A stretch of 64,000 nt of DNA from assembly GCA_965219415.1 (NCBI GenBank), contig CBDCNP010000002.1, positions 3,200,001 through 3,264,000 on the forward strand, written 5' to 3'. Below are positions 9,752-20,741 of the stretch, in pieces; position 1 is the first letter of the stretch; every line of letters starts with the position of its first letter. The stretch is from Candidatus Marinacidobacterales bacterium. Its GTDB lineage: Bacteria; Acidobacteriota; Vicinamibacteria; Marinacidobacterales; DATDRI01. Below the pieces are notes generated by a model. The model had not been told where the DNA came from and ran no database searches. It saw nothing but the letters and a program-made list of their open reading frames with translations. A program made the translations under genes and the position numbers.

Positions 9752-11041
9752 GTCTCGTCGTCGAGGGTGAGGAGCCAGATGTCGGCTTCGGTAGTCTCTA
9801 TCGTGAAGTAGATTGTTTGGCCGTCGGGAGTGATGCTGCAGTCCAGAACACGATGTGGTTTTACCGAAAGCAGCTCCCGGCGATCCTTGGTCCGGCTATC
9901 GATGAGCTCGATCGTCGTCGCGGTCCACGCCAGCCATGAATCCGTATCGGCAACCCAGTCGAAGGGTCTTCCATCGTCGCTCAGCCTTTCGTAGCGTTGA
10001 GACTCGAAGTCATAGGTGACGACACCGCGGCCAAACTTGCCAGCAAGGACGCGATCCCCGGCCAAGCGACGACCGTCCCCCGACCAGCTTCTGACGAAGA
10101 GCCTCTCGTTGCTGTCATCCAGAGGTGGTAAGGGTTGCGGTTCCTGCTCGCTCCAGTCCGTGTCGACGCGGAAAACGTAAGGCTGTACCTCTGGAAAGAG
10201 TGTGTAAGCCATGAGTGATCCATCGCGCGACCACACCGGTAGGTTCGCGTCTCCACTCGTTTGGGTCAGCTGTCGCATTCCACTGCCGTCGGGATGGATG
10301 GTCCAGATCTGCCCCGCCTCGGTCTTGGTCACTGTAGGGGCGTCACTCCCCACCACTTTCCTACGTCCTTGTCCCAGGATGGCGAGGCCGAAGTCGAGGA
10401 TTTTGAGCTGGCCTTTGTCGCTCACCATGAGATTGTCGGGTTTTAGGTCGCGGTGGGTGATGCCTTGCTCGTGGGCGGAGCTCACCGCGTCGGCCAGGGG
10501 AATCGCAATCTCGAAGAACTGCTTCAAGGGAAGGCCCTTGTGCGCAATCAACTCGGATAGATTCCGGCCCCGGACGAGCTGCATGGTGATGAAGGGCGTA
10601 CCCTGGTCTTCCTCGATCGAGTGAACGGTCACGATGTTGGGATGATCGAGGGCGGCGAGCGCCTTGGCCTCACGCTCGAACCTTCCAAACCGCTCGTGAT
10701 TCTCGGTCAGTTCGTCCGGGCTTGATAGCGATCTCCCGGTCGAGCTTCGTGTCTCGCGCGCGGTAGACCTCGCCCATGCCTCCCGCACCGAGGAGGTCGA
10801 CGAGTTGGTAGTGGCCGAGCTCGGTTCCGGGGGCTAGGCTCATACGATTCGCCGCGGGCGGATGCCCAAGGAAGCTATTTGCCTCGGCCGCGTCATGATT
10901 TTTGAGAAGTTCTTCGACCTGCTCTCTTAACGCATCCTCTCCCGAGCAGGCTTGGTCCAAGAAACCGGGCCGCCTCTCAGGAGGGAGACTGAGCGCCGTC
11001 TCAAATAGCTCTGCGATGCGATCCCAAGAGTCCGGCATCAA
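9748..11041 (-). pseudogene. Ser/Thr kinase-PD40 protein (kinase 2), frameshifted and internally deleted
   Basis: GAGGMGEVY, shift near 10720, HRDLKPDN, DFGLA, then TEAGQI fused directly to WTIHPDGSG. The 3' 41 nt (9749-9789) are identical to kinase 1 (4485-4525). Confidence 0.85.
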
Positions 11042-11114
11042 GTGACTTGCATCTTGATCCCTGACAATGAGGGAGCTGTCTTACGCGTTATGAAACTCAC
11101 CGTACCCTTGGTGA

Positions 11115-11145
11115 AAAATAGCCCGGCACGAAGCGAAAAGTCAAA
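11115..11145 (-). promoter_or_regulatory. Putative sigma70-type promoter of kinase 2
   Basis: 30/31 nt identical to 7152-7182. Confidence 0.55.
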
Positions 11146-11164
11146 GCGCAGTGCGGAGGCAAAC

Positions 11165-11235
11165 TACGGTAGATTCGCTGTTTCGAATCTGCCCAGATTA
11201 CTGGGGCCGGACCCAGTAACCAAAAGTAACAACTG
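11165..11235. repeat. Non-coding 71-bp element, copy B
   Basis: See copy A; contains inverted repeat tactggg-N6-cccagta. Confidence 0.85.
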
Positions 11236-11243
11236 TTTCCCGC

Positions 11244-12074
11244 CTACTTCTTACTTCTCGGATTCAGCGCGTCGTTCAATCCATCCCCAATCAGATTAAT
11301 TGCCAGCACCGTCATCAATACCGCCAACCCCGGAAACGTCGCGATCCACCAGCCGCTTCGCAGATAAGCCTGAGCATTCCGGAGCATGTAACCCCAGCTC
11401 ATGACGTTGGGATCCCCGAGGCCGACGAAGCTGAGCGAAGCCTCAGCGAGTATCGCGTAGCCAACTTGAAGCGTCGCTACCGCCACAACCGGCGGGATGG
11501 CGTTAGGGAGAATCTCCTTGAACGCGAGACGAAGATTCCCGGCGCCTCCGAGACGGGCGGCGTCGACGAACTCCATCTCCTTCCACGTGAAAAACTCTGC
11601 ACGTAGGAGGCGCGCGATCGCCGGCCAGGCGAGAAGCCCAATCACAAGGATCAGGTTCTGGATCTCGGCACCGACGAAGGCGACTACCAAGACCGCGAGA
11701 AAAAACGGCGGGATGGTCATGAAGATATCGGTCACTCTCATGATGAGGCCGTCGACTCTGCCGCCGTAGAATCCAGCGATGGCGCCGAGGAAAACTCCTA
11801 TCGCCACCGACGTCAGAGCGGCGAAGAGTCCCACCGCGATCGACGTCCGGGCTCCGTAGAGAGTCCCGCTCATCACGTCCCGCCCCATGTTGTCGGTACC
11901 CATGAGGTGTGAACCCTCGGGGGCGAGAAAGGGCTCGCCCCCGAGCTCGAACGGCTCGAACGGTGCCAATACTGGCGCCAGAAGCGCGGCAACGATCAGC
12001 AGGATGCCGATCGACAAGCCCGCCACCGCAGGGCGATTCGATTTGAACTCACGCCAAAGAGACGTCTCGATCAT
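11244..12074 (-). CDS. Peptide/nickel ABC transporter permease (DppC-like)
   Basis: HLMGTDNMGRD, EFVDAARLGGA EAA loop, AEASLSFVGLG. True start MIETSLW overlaps the dppB-like stop (ATGA). Confidence 0.92.
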   Translation of the reverse strand: MIETSLWREFKSNRPAVAGLSIGILLIVAALLAPVLAPFEPFELGGEPFLAPEGSHLMGTDNMGRDVMSGTLYGARTSIAVGLFAALTSVAIGVFLGAIAGFYGGRVDGLIMRVTDIFMTIPPFFLAVLVVAFVGAEIQNLILVIGLLAWPAIARLLRAEFFTWKEMEFVDAARLGGAGNLRLAFKEILPNAIPPVVAVATLQVGYAILAEASLSFVGLGDPNVMSWGYMLRNAQAYLRSGWWIATFPGLAVLMTVLAINLIGDGLNDALNPRSKK

Positions 12075-13045
12075 GGTGACGTGATCCTCGGGTCCAACCG
12101 GAAGTAGAGCAGGTCGGTGATGAGGTTGGTGACGATGACGGTCAGCGAGACGACGAGGAAGATTCCGCTCAGGAGCGCGTAGTCCCGCGACAGAACCGCA
12201 CCCAACATCAAGCTTCCGATTCCCGGCCATGCAAAGACGATCTCGATGAGGGCCGACGCCGCGAACATGAAACCGATCTGGTGGCCGAAGAGCGTGACGA
12301 TCGGAATCAGGGCGTTGCGGAGCCCATGACGCATCAGGAGCGTTCCCTCGGCAACCCCCTTGGATCGCGCCGCGGTGATGAAATCCATAGAGAGCACGTC
12401 GATCATGCTGGAGCGGGTGAGCCTCGAAAAAAGGGCCATCTGGTGAAAACCCAGAGTGAGCGCGGGGAGTAGGAGGTGGCTCAGCAAATCCCAGAGATAC
12501 GCGAATCCGGTTGAGTCGGAGCCGATGGTGGTCATGCCCGACAGCGGAACGCCGCTTCCGGAAAAGACCAGGATCAGGATCATCCCAGTCCAGAACATGG
12601 GCTGCGAATAGCCCACCAGCGAGATGATCGAGATCGCATTGTCCCACCGGGAACGGGCCTTCTTGGCCGCGACAACCCCAAGGGTGATCCCGGCACCCGC
12701 GGCAAGCAGAAGCGCCGTGAATGTCAGGAGCAGCGTATTGGGCAGCCGGTCCAAAACGACGTCTAGAACCGGTTCTTGAAAGAACGTCGAAAACCCGAGA
12801 TCGCCGACCAGGAGCTTCTGCATATAGATGATGTATTGGGTGTGGAGCGGCTGGTCGAGGCCGAACTCGGTCCGTATATCCTGGTAGTACTCCTCGGTGA
12901 TCGAGGCCCCTCCGATGAAGTAGACCGGATCGCCGGGCGCGAGGCGGCAAAGGAGAAAAACCAGCGTCAGGATGACGAGGGTGACCGGAATGATCTGCAG
13001 CAACCGCGCGGCCACGTAGCGGCCGAGTTTCGATCGAACCGACAA
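12071..13045 (-). CDS. Peptide/nickel ABC transporter permease (DppB-like)
   Basis: PGDP, FGLDQPL..QY, DFITAARSKG, RHGLRNALIP, DPRI. Confidence 0.92.
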   Translation of the reverse strand: MSVRSKLGRYVAARLLQIIPVTLVILTLVFLLCRLAPGDPVYFIGGASITEEYYQDIRTEFGLDQPLHTQYIIYMQKLLVGDLGFSTFFQEPVLDVVLDRLPNTLLLTFTALLLAAGAGITLGVVAAKKARSRWDNAISIISLVGYSQPMFWTGMILILVFSGSGVPLSGMTTIGSDSTGFAYLWDLLSHLLLPALTLGFHQMALFSRLTRSSMIDVLSMDFITAARSKGVAEGTLLMRHGLRNALIPIVTLFGHQIGFMFAASALIEIVFAWPGIGSLMLGAVLSRDYALLSGIFLVVSLTVIVTNLITDLLYFRLDPRITSP

Positions 13046-13079
13046 GGCCCGAGCATCTTACCAAAATCTGTGGAATGCT

Positions 13080-14669
13080 ATGGTCGCTATGGTCACGCGG
13101 ATGACGCAGCTAGCTCTCGTCGCGTTGCTGGTGCCTTCGGGGATGTCGGCGCAGACACCTGAGCGAGGCGGCGTGCTCAACGTGGCTCTGAGTAGCCCCA
13201 TTCAGTCTCTGACCGCCGCCACGACCCATCATCCGGATCTGATCGCCGCCGGTCCCCTGTACGATGCGCTTTTGACGTACGACCGAGACCTCGAACCCAA
13301 GCCCTGGCTCGCCAAGTCCTGGACGATCTCGGAAGACGGCCGCCGGTACACTTTCGAGCTGGAGCGGAACGTGACCTGGCACGATGGAAGAACATTTACC
13401 TCGGCCGACGTGAAGTTCACCATCGAGGAGATCCTTCGCAAGTACCATCCTTCGGGGGCCGTCTTGTGGGCCAACGTTGACACCATCGAGACTCCGGATC
13501 CCAGTACCGTCGTTTTCAACCTCGCTCGACCGTCGGCGGTCTTCATCAAGATTCTCGGACCCTACCACGCCAAGATCATGCCCAAACATATCTACGAGGG
13601 TAAGAGTTTTCTGAGGAATCCCGCCAACCGTCGACCAGTCGGAACCGGCCCCTTCAAGTTCCGTGAGCATCGCCGCGGAAGTTACCTCATCGTCGAGAAA
13701 AATCCCGACTACTGGAAGAAGGGTCTACCTTACCTAGACCGCATCGTCAGCAAGGTGGTCCCCAACGCCGCGGCCCGCATCGCGGCCCTCGAGAACGGTG
13801 AGGTCGATCTTATCCCCATTTACACGCCGGTCCACGAGATCCCGCGCGTCGAGAAGAATCCGAAGTTCGCGGTAACCGCGGGGGGTTACGAGGGCGGCGC
13901 CGGGGTTTGCATGCTCAAACTCAATTTGCGGCGAAAACCCTTGAGTGATCTAAGAGTGCGGCAGGCTTTGAGCTACGCCCTCGACAAGGACAGGATCCAC
14001 AAGCTCGCCGGTTATGGCTACGGACGTCGCACCGACGGTTTTATGCCCCGGGGCGTTGGCGATTGGTATAGCGAGGACCAGCCGACCTACGCGCACGACG
14101 TCGAAAAAGCCAATCAGCTATTGGACCAAGCGGGTTTTCCAAAGGGTGCTGGACGCGTGCGATTCAAGCTCCAGACCGAGCTCCCCGCCGGCCATCTCAC
14201 CCACATCCGAAACTGCGAGGTTGCGAAGGAGCAGCTGAAGAAGGTCGGCATCGACATGGTCCTCAACCTGCGCGACGTGGGGAGTCACCTCGACATCGTT
14301 TACGACAAATGGGATTTCGACATTGCTGTGGCCGGCCACGGAATCCAGTTCGATCCGGCCCTCGGAGGTGCTCGCTACTTGACTACCGAGCAGGCCGGCA
14401 AGGTCCCGTTCACCAACGGCGGGGGTTACAGCAGCCCGCGCGTCGACGAGCTATTTGCAAAGGTCAGGATCGAGACCGATCCCGACATTCGCCGAGAGAT
14501 GTTCTACGAGATCCAGAAGATTCTCGCCGAGGATATTCCGGTGATTTGGCTCTACGATTTTCCGAACCCCACGGCGTTTAACCGTGATCTCATCGGTATT
14601 CCCATGGGCCCCTCGAGCTGGGGCGAAAACTACGCTGCGGTCGGATGGAGAGGGGGCTCGCGCAAGTAG
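13080..14669 (+). CDS. Peptide/nickel ABC transporter substrate-binding protein (family 5)
   Basis: PWLAKSWTISEDG..YTFEL...WHDG..FTSADVKFT, PVGTGPF, NPDYW; signal peptide. Confidence 0.92.
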   Translation: MVAMVTRMTQLALVALLVPSGMSAQTPERGGVLNVALSSPIQSLTAATTHHPDLIAAGPLYDALLTYDRDLEPKPWLAKSWTISEDGRRYTFELERNVTWHDGRTFTSADVKFTIEEILRKYHPSGAVLWANVDTIETPDPSTVVFNLARPSAVFIKILGPYHAKIMPKHIYEGKSFLRNPANRRPVGTGPFKFREHRRGSYLIVEKNPDYWKKGLPYLDRIVSKVVPNAAARIAALENGEVDLIPIYTPVHEIPRVEKNPKFAVTAGGYEGGAGVCMLKLNLRRKPLSDLRVRQALSYALDKDRIHKLAGYGYGRRTDGFMPRGVGDWYSEDQPTYAHDVEKANQLLDQAGFPKGAGRVRFKLQTELPAGHLTHIRNCEVAKEQLKKVGIDMVLNLRDVGSHLDIVYDKWDFDIAVAGHGIQFDPALGGARYLTTEQAGKVPFTNGGGYSSPRVDELFAKVRIETDPDIRREMFYEIQKILAEDIPVIWLYDFPNPTAFNRDLIGIPMGPSSWGENYAAVGWRGGSRK

Positions 14670-14682
14670 CGCTTTGCGCTAG

Positions 14683-15321
14683 CTACTCGAGGGGAGCCCG
14701 AATCTCGCGGATGGCGAGCTTTGCTTCTCCCGCCATATCGCCGGCCCACTGATCTTCCATCTTCTCCTCGAGAACGGGGATGAAGACGGACCCTGCCGCC
14801 CCCTCCGCTCGCATCCCTGAGATGACACCCATCTCCAACGAGTAGACCACGAACCGCATGGCGGTTTCCTCGGTGGCCGCAAACGCCGCCGCCTGGATCT
14901 CCTCACGGGTGGCGTTCTCGAAACCGCCGAAGATGAAATCCTTGATCGCAAACTTGTCGTAGTCGGTGAGGATGGTTTGCCCGGACACGAGATTCTTCAC
15001 CTCGAGGTTGGCGTGTACGACTCCGGGATCGTAATCTCCATCGTTCGTTTCCCGCGTTATCTCTCTCTCGAAGCTCAAATCGATCTCGACAACGGGCTTG
15101 GCCCCCTCTTTGGCCGGGGAGAGGTAGTCCAGATAGGCTCCCCACAGGTTCGAGCCGTTGATGAACTGTGCGATCTTTTCTCGGTGCTCATACGGTGCGG
15201 CGACTCTGCAGCGCGGGTCGAGCTTCTTGCTCGTGCAAGACAAGGCGGGGAGAAGCCCTATGGCGAGAACCACTAGAAGCGAGAGGAACCTTACTCGGTT
15301 CGAGCCGATCGGGGTGGACAT
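14683..15321 (-). CDS. Hypothetical lipoprotein
   Basis: ATG with upstream GGAGG; hydrophobic signal ending LSC (lipobox-like). Confidence 0.55.
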   Translation of the reverse strand: MSTPIGSNRVRFLSLLVVLAIGLLPALSCTSKKLDPRCRVAAPYEHREKIAQFINGSNLWGAYLDYLSPAKEGAKPVVEIDLSFEREITRETNDGDYDPGVVHANLEVKNLVSGQTILTDYDKFAIKDFIFGGFENATREEIQAAAFAATEETAMRFVVYSLEMGVISGMRAEGAAGSVFIPVLEEKMEDQWAGDMAGEAKLAIREIRAPLE

Positions 15322-15425
15322 CGGCAACCTCCTTGTTTGTCGTCGAGCGGAAATGGCTCGGCGGACCGCCAAACGAATCGGTGTGAGATTGGAATCGGGA
15401 TTTCTTGTAAACAGTCTAACACGGG

Positions 15426-16904
15426 TTAGGCGAAGTAAGCCAGGTAGAAGCCCAAGACGCCGAATACGGTCAACGCGACGCCCGAAACGACGAGGCCGGT
15501 CACGAGAAAAGGACCCATCCGGAGGCCTTTTGGCAGGTGCAGCCGATCGCTCCCGAGCATCGCGAAGCACCACATCCCACAAGTGAACGTCGCGGAAATG
15601 ATGGCCGCGGGCGTGACCACGGCGACGGGATCTAGGTTCCACCACAAAAGGATCAAGCCGACGACGCCGCAGACCGCGCAAGTCCACCGTCGGAAAACGC
15701 CGAGCGGCACCGTCTTCCACCTCGGGATAGCAGCAGTGAGACACTCGCAAACCGAACGGGAATAGAGCTCGTACCCTCCGTACATCGTCCCGAAGAACGC
15801 GAAGAAGATCCCGGTCTTGTAAAGGAATCCGAGAAGCCATTGGACGCCCGGGTGTTGGCTGTCTCTGACTAGGAACGCCTCCTGTTCGGTTATGAGCGCA
15901 CTCGCTTCGGGGACGATCTGATTCGGATGGAGAATTGCCGCGCCCAGCGTCGCGAAGAACAGGGTGAACGTAATGATCGCTGCGAACGAAATGCCAACAT
16001 CGATCAGGGGTGCTCGCAACCAGGATCGCCCGCGAGCCAAGTTATCGGGAGACTCGTCGACTCCATCCCGGAGTCGATCGTGCCGGCCGACGGAGCGAGC
16101 CAGCAATCCCCAGCCTTTCTCGCGCAATGTACCGAGATAGCCGAAGTAGTCCACCGTACCACCACCGATAACGCCGAGGTAGACGATGACCTCGACCCAG
16201 GGGTCCCGAGCGGCCAGCGTCGAGGTTTCCATGATCCAAGGCTCGTATTGAGGAATTCTTGGTAGGAAGATGCCCTGAACCAGGGCTATCAGGTCCGGGC
16301 TCGATGCGACGACGGCGACGAACATCGAGAACAAGAGAAGTCCGACGACGAAGGTCTGGACTCTTTCCAAGAACCCGTATGTCTGATTCAGAGTGAGGCC
16401 GATGGCGACGAGGATATAGAGCGTTCCCCAGATACGTGCGAACGTGTCGAATCGCACCTGCGACTCGAGCGCGGCCCCGTCAGCCGACTCGGAAGTCACG
16501 ACGATCCCGACGATCGAGTTCGTGAAATCGCCTAGTATCCTCGGTAACCCTCCGCCCAGGAAGAGTGGCATGCAAACCAAAGTGAGGACGGTCATGACCG
16601 GAACGAACCAACCTCGCAGCCCCGGAAGCTGAGCCCAGCTCTCGAGGGGGTGCCTCCCGGTCAACGTAATGAAACGAGCACCGCTATAGACCTGGACGAA
16701 CTTGATCGCGGCGCCGAGGACGAAGCACCACATCAGCGTGTATCCGAAGATAGCGCCGCCACGAGACGCGAAGATCGTCTCACCGTTACCGATCGTCACC
16801 GACGCGATGATGGCACCGGGACCGAAAATCTTCAGTGTCCCCAGGAAAGAGCGATCACGAAGCTCGGCGGAAAGGCCGGGGTATTTGGCGGGAGGGCCCG
16901 ACAT
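15426..16904 (-). CDS. Nramp-like family transporter
   Basis: GPGAIIASVTIGNGETI..SRGGAIFGY.LMW N-terminal motif; about 11 TM segments. Confidence 0.75.
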   Translation of the reverse strand: MSGPPAKYPGLSAELRDRSFLGTLKIFGPGAIIASVTIGNGETIFASRGGAIFGYTLMWCFVLGAAIKFVQVYSGARFITLTGRHPLESWAQLPGLRGWFVPVMTVLTLVCMPLFLGGGLPRILGDFTNSIVGIVVTSESADGAALESQVRFDTFARIWGTLYILVAIGLTLNQTYGFLERVQTFVVGLLLFSMFVAVVASSPDLIALVQGIFLPRIPQYEPWIMETSTLAARDPWVEVIVYLGVIGGGTVDYFGYLGTLREKGWGLLARSVGRHDRLRDGVDESPDNLARGRSWLRAPLIDVGISFAAIITFTLFFATLGAAILHPNQIVPEASALITEQEAFLVRDSQHPGVQWLLGFLYKTGIFFAFFGTMYGGYELYSRSVCECLTAAIPRWKTVPLGVFRRWTCAVCGVVGLILLWWNLDPVAVVTPAAIISATFTCGMWCFAMLGSDRLHLPKGLRMGPFLVTGLVVSGVALTVFGVLGFYLAYFA

Positions 16905-16921
16905 GTGGTGGGCGGAGCGAT

Positions 16922-18181
16922 TCAGGCCCCGTGGAACCCGCAGGCGTTGAGCACCGTGAGCGCATAAACCTTGGTTTGTTTCACGAGCTCATCGATCGTA
17001 AGAAATTCGTTCGGTTTGTGCACTCTCGAAATGGAGCCCGATCCGTACGTCACACCAGGAATCCCGCGGGTCAGAAAGGCCTCGAGCTCTCCGGTACCTC
17101 CGATGGGAGAAAAACGGGCTTCGATGCCGATCGATTCCGCCGCGCCCCGGATCGCGGTTACGATGGGCTCGTCTTCACTAACTTCTATCGGCTGTCTCTC
17201 GCTCAAGACGTCGACGCTCCCGACACGGAAGTCCGGATCGTTCTCTTTGATGTCTTCGATGATTCTCTCGAGCTCGTCCATGAACCTCTGGGTGGAGTAG
17301 GGCGCCGAAACGCGAATCCCCAAGCCCACCTTGCAGGTTTTCGGTATGTCTCCGAACCGTTCCGCAACGCCCTCGATGGCGCAAACGTTCAAGCTCTCTC
17401 GCCCCTGCACGGGACCTTCCTTGAGCTCGACTCGCTCCAAAGCGTCGATGAACTTTAACGCCTTTCTGATGGCGTTGAGATCTTGCCGATTGGCGACGTG
17501 ACCGACTTCGCCCACGATCTCGAGCTCGATGAGAAGCCTTCCGTTGAATGAGCCACAAATGCGCTCGAGTCCGGAGGCTTCCCCGTTGATGACCACATCG
17601 GGCAGGGGATAGCCCGCCTCTTCGAGGCCTTGCTCCACCAGGAACGTCATTCCGGGCCACTTGAGATGCTCGAGGCGCCCTTCGTCGTCCACCGAGGCAA
17701 CGAGCATCAAGCTGCCCTTCAGCCCGATCCCCAGCTCTCGGATCGCCTTGGCCACGAAGACCTGCGCCGCCAGTGCGCACTTGGCGTCACATGTGCCTCT
17801 CCCCAAGACTTTATCATCTTTGATTTCGGCGCCGAAGGGGTCGAACCGCCACTCGTCGGGGTCCCCCACACCGACGACATCCATGTGAGTGCCGATCATC
17901 AGGATGGGTTTCTTTTCGCTTCCTTCTATGAGTGCCACGACGTTGGGTCGCGGATGCTCCAAACCCACCTGTTCGACCCTTTCCTTCGGGGCGGAAATCA
18001 GATCGGCGTGCACTCCGACGGCGCCGAATTCCTGCCTCATCCTCTGAGCGATCGTCGCGTACTCGCCGCGAGGGAAAACACTGGGAATGCGGACGAGCTC
18101 TCGGAAGAGACTTAACAACTCGTCTCGATGATGGTCCACGAACTCGACGACTCTTTTCCGCGTCGCGCCTTCTCCAGACAT
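16922..18181 (-). CDS. M20 (ArgE/DapE-like) metallo-hydrolase, paralog a
   Basis: [30 protein letters not shown]. Confidence 0.85.
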   Translation of the reverse strand: MSGEGATRKRVVEFVDHHRDELLSLFRELVRIPSVFPRGEYATIAQRMRQEFGAVGVHADLISAPKERVEQVGLEHPRPNVVALIEGSEKKPILMIGTHMDVVGVGDPDEWRFDPFGAEIKDDKVLGRGTCDAKCALAAQVFVAKAIRELGIGLKGSLMLVASVDDEGRLEHLKWPGMTFLVEQGLEEAGYPLPDVVINGEASGLERICGSFNGRLLIELEIVGEVGHVANRQDLNAIRKALKFIDALERVELKEGPVQGRESLNVCAIEGVAERFGDIPKTCKVGLGIRVSAPYSTQRFMDELERIIEDIKENDPDFRVGSVDVLSERQPIEVSEDEPIVTAIRGAAESIGIEARFSPIGGTGELEAFLTRGIPGVTYGSGSISRVHKPNEFLTIDELVKQTKVYALTVLNACGFHGA

Positions 18182-18311
18182 CAGTGGGCTCACTGAGAGT
18201 CCTCGCATCTTATCAGAACGACTGCGCGGCCGGTAAAACTTGCTTCGAGAACTTCTCTAGAGTACTTTGCCTGCGACAGAAACTTCTTCCGCACTGGCGA
18301 GTTGTCGAAGA

Positions 18312-19635
18312 ATGATGCGACTAGTTTCTTGGCTTGCACTCTTTTCCGTGTTCGGGACGGCCACCGTGGTATCGGGCGAGGACTGGCCTGAGTTTCGCGG
18401 AAAGGGTCGGCGGGGAGTTTGGAACGAGGACGGTATCCTCGAGAGTTTCCCAGACGAAGGGCTCGAAGTGATCTGGAGGACTCCTATCGGAAGCGGCTAT
18501 GCAGGGCCGGCGGTTGCCGATGGACGGATCTTAGTGTCGGACTTCAAGCGCGTCGAACGCTTTCGTGGGTTCGAGCGGATTCTCTGCCTCGACGAGCAGA
18601 GCGGCGAGATCTTGTGGGAAACGGAGTGGGAGACCGACTACACCGGACTCCACGAGATCTTTGCCATTGGACCGCGCGCCACTCCGACCGTGGACGGAAA
18701 CCGCGTTTACGTGTTGGAAGCCATGGGCAAGCTAGTTGTCCTGGACGTGGTGTCGGGCCACATCCTCTGGCAAAAGGATTTCGTAAAAGACTACGGCGCC
18801 TCGATTCCGTTCTGGGGTATGGCGGGCGCACCGCTCGTCGACGGAGAAAGGGTCATCTGCGTGGTGGCGGGGGAGCCCGATGCCAAGGTGGTGGCCTTCG
18901 ACAAACAAAGCGGCAAGGAGATCTGGCGGGCTCTCTCATCGGACTGGGAGCCTGGCTACAGTCAGCCAATCATCGTCGAGATCGCCGGCGAGCGTCAGCT
19001 CATCATCTGGCATTCGCAAGCCATCAGCTCCCTCGACCCGGAGACGGGCGCGATCTATTGGGAGGAGCCGTTCGACGTGAAGATGGGAATGGCTGTCTCG
19101 ACACCCGTGGCGAAGGGCCGGTATCTCTTCGTCTCTTCGTTTTTCGATGGTGCGCGGATGTTGAGGATCAACGACGGCAATACAGGTGTAAGCTTACTTT
19201 GGAAAAGCACCGGCGAGAGCGAGATCAAGACGACCCGCATTCACACCGTTATCAACACCGCGGTCATTCAGGATGGCTATCTTTACGGAATCGATGCCTA
19301 CGGACAGCTCCGCTGCCTCGATGCGAGAACCGGCGAGCGTCTCTGGGAGAGTCTTGCCGTGACGAAGGAGAAAGCGCGCCACGCCGCCGCACACTTCGTC
19401 CGCAACGGGGATCGATACTTCATCAACAACGACCGGGGGCGAGCTCATCATCGCCCGATTTCGGCCGGAAGGCTATGAAGAGGTAAGTCGCACCGAGCTC
19501 ATCAAGCCCACCTCGGCCACCACCGCCCGCCGAGAGCTTGGAGCCGTGGCCTGGGCCCACCCGGCGTACGCCAACCGACACATCTTTGCTCGTAACGACG
19601 AGGAGATCCTAAAGGCTTCCCTGGCCAAGGAGTAG
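18312..19635 (+). pseudogene. Secreted PQQ-like/BamB-like beta-propeller protein; +1 G in G5 near 19437
   Basis: EDWPEFRG, GSGYAGPAV, GPRATPTV; after the shift GELIIA...WAHPAYANRHIFARNDEEI. Confidence 0.8.
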
Positions 19636-19717
19636 CCGCAACGTAGTGTCGTGTCTTGCGGGGCTCCGCTGGAGTCTGCTATCGTCGATTCATCTGAATC
19701 GAAAAGGAGCCCTCAAA

Positions 19718-20732
19718 TTGGCTGCCAACGACGACAAAGCCATAGCGGCGGAGTATCGAGAGAAGAAACCCCTCTATGAGCGACTGTGCCGAGAGGTGGT
19801 CGTCAACCTCGAGGAGCTGGTCAAAGAGAGCGGAATCGCTTTGGAGGTGCCCCTCGAGTCGCGGGTCAAGTCGCTCAATTCGGTTCTAACCAAAGCGAAG
19901 CGTATGGGGCCGGCACTGTCGAGTCTCACCGACATGCACGATCTTGCGGGAGTGCGCCTGGTGGTCATGTTCAAACGGGATGCCGAACGCGTTTGTGAGC
20001 TCATCGGGGAAACCTTCGACGTGATCAAAAGAAGAGAACACCGAGGACCGCCTTTCCGCGGACCAATTCGGGTACGGGTCGATTCACATCGAAGTAAAGC
20101 CACACGAGACATGGTTGTTTCTACCGACCTGGAAGAACCTGGGGAACATGCCCACCGAGATCCAGATCCGAACCGCGACGCAACACATCTGGGCCGGAGC
20201 GTCCCACCTGTTGCAGTACAAATGGAAGAAGCATGTTCCGGTGCCGGTGCGCCGCGCCATCAACCGGGTCGCCGCGCTTCTCGAGCTGGTCGATCTGGAG
20301 TTCGAGCGCGTCCTGATGCGACGGGAGGAGTATCGGACTCATCTCACGGAAATCGGGCTGGATGAGCCCCTCAACACCGAGCTCCTACGTGGCATCTTCG
20401 AACGGTTTCTGCCCGCTGAGAACGCGGACGATGAAGAGCCTTTGGCGGAGCTCGTCGACCAGCTGAGTGCTTTCGGAGTCACAAAGGAACGCGACCTCGT
20501 CGGGCTACTCGAAAAGCACCAAGAAGCGATGAATAGGGCGGAGGCCCTGGCGGTTAAGGACATCAAGCGGAACGGGAGCAAATCGGAGTACCGGTTCGAC
20601 CCCGAGCGGCTCGCGCGGAGTGTCTTCTTGACTCATGTCGGACTCGTACAAGAGGCCCTTTCGAGGGAATTGGGAGCCAAGTTCGACGATTACATACGAT
20701 CGGGCGGGGGTGCTCTAACGAGTGGCGCCTAG
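19718..20732 (+). pseudogene. RelA/SpoT SYNTH-domain protein (small alarmone synthetase-like); +1 frameshift near 20030
   Basis: SRVKSLNSVLTK, DLAGVRLVV; after the shift FGYGSIH, EIQIRT..QHIWA..SH.LQYK. Confidence 0.85.
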
Positions 20733-20741
20733 GCCGTTTCG

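Noticed and set aside
11244-13064. 606-aa ORF as a single fused permease
   Set aside because: The N-terminal 330 aa are an off-frame overlap of the dppB-like gene; the real start is 12074
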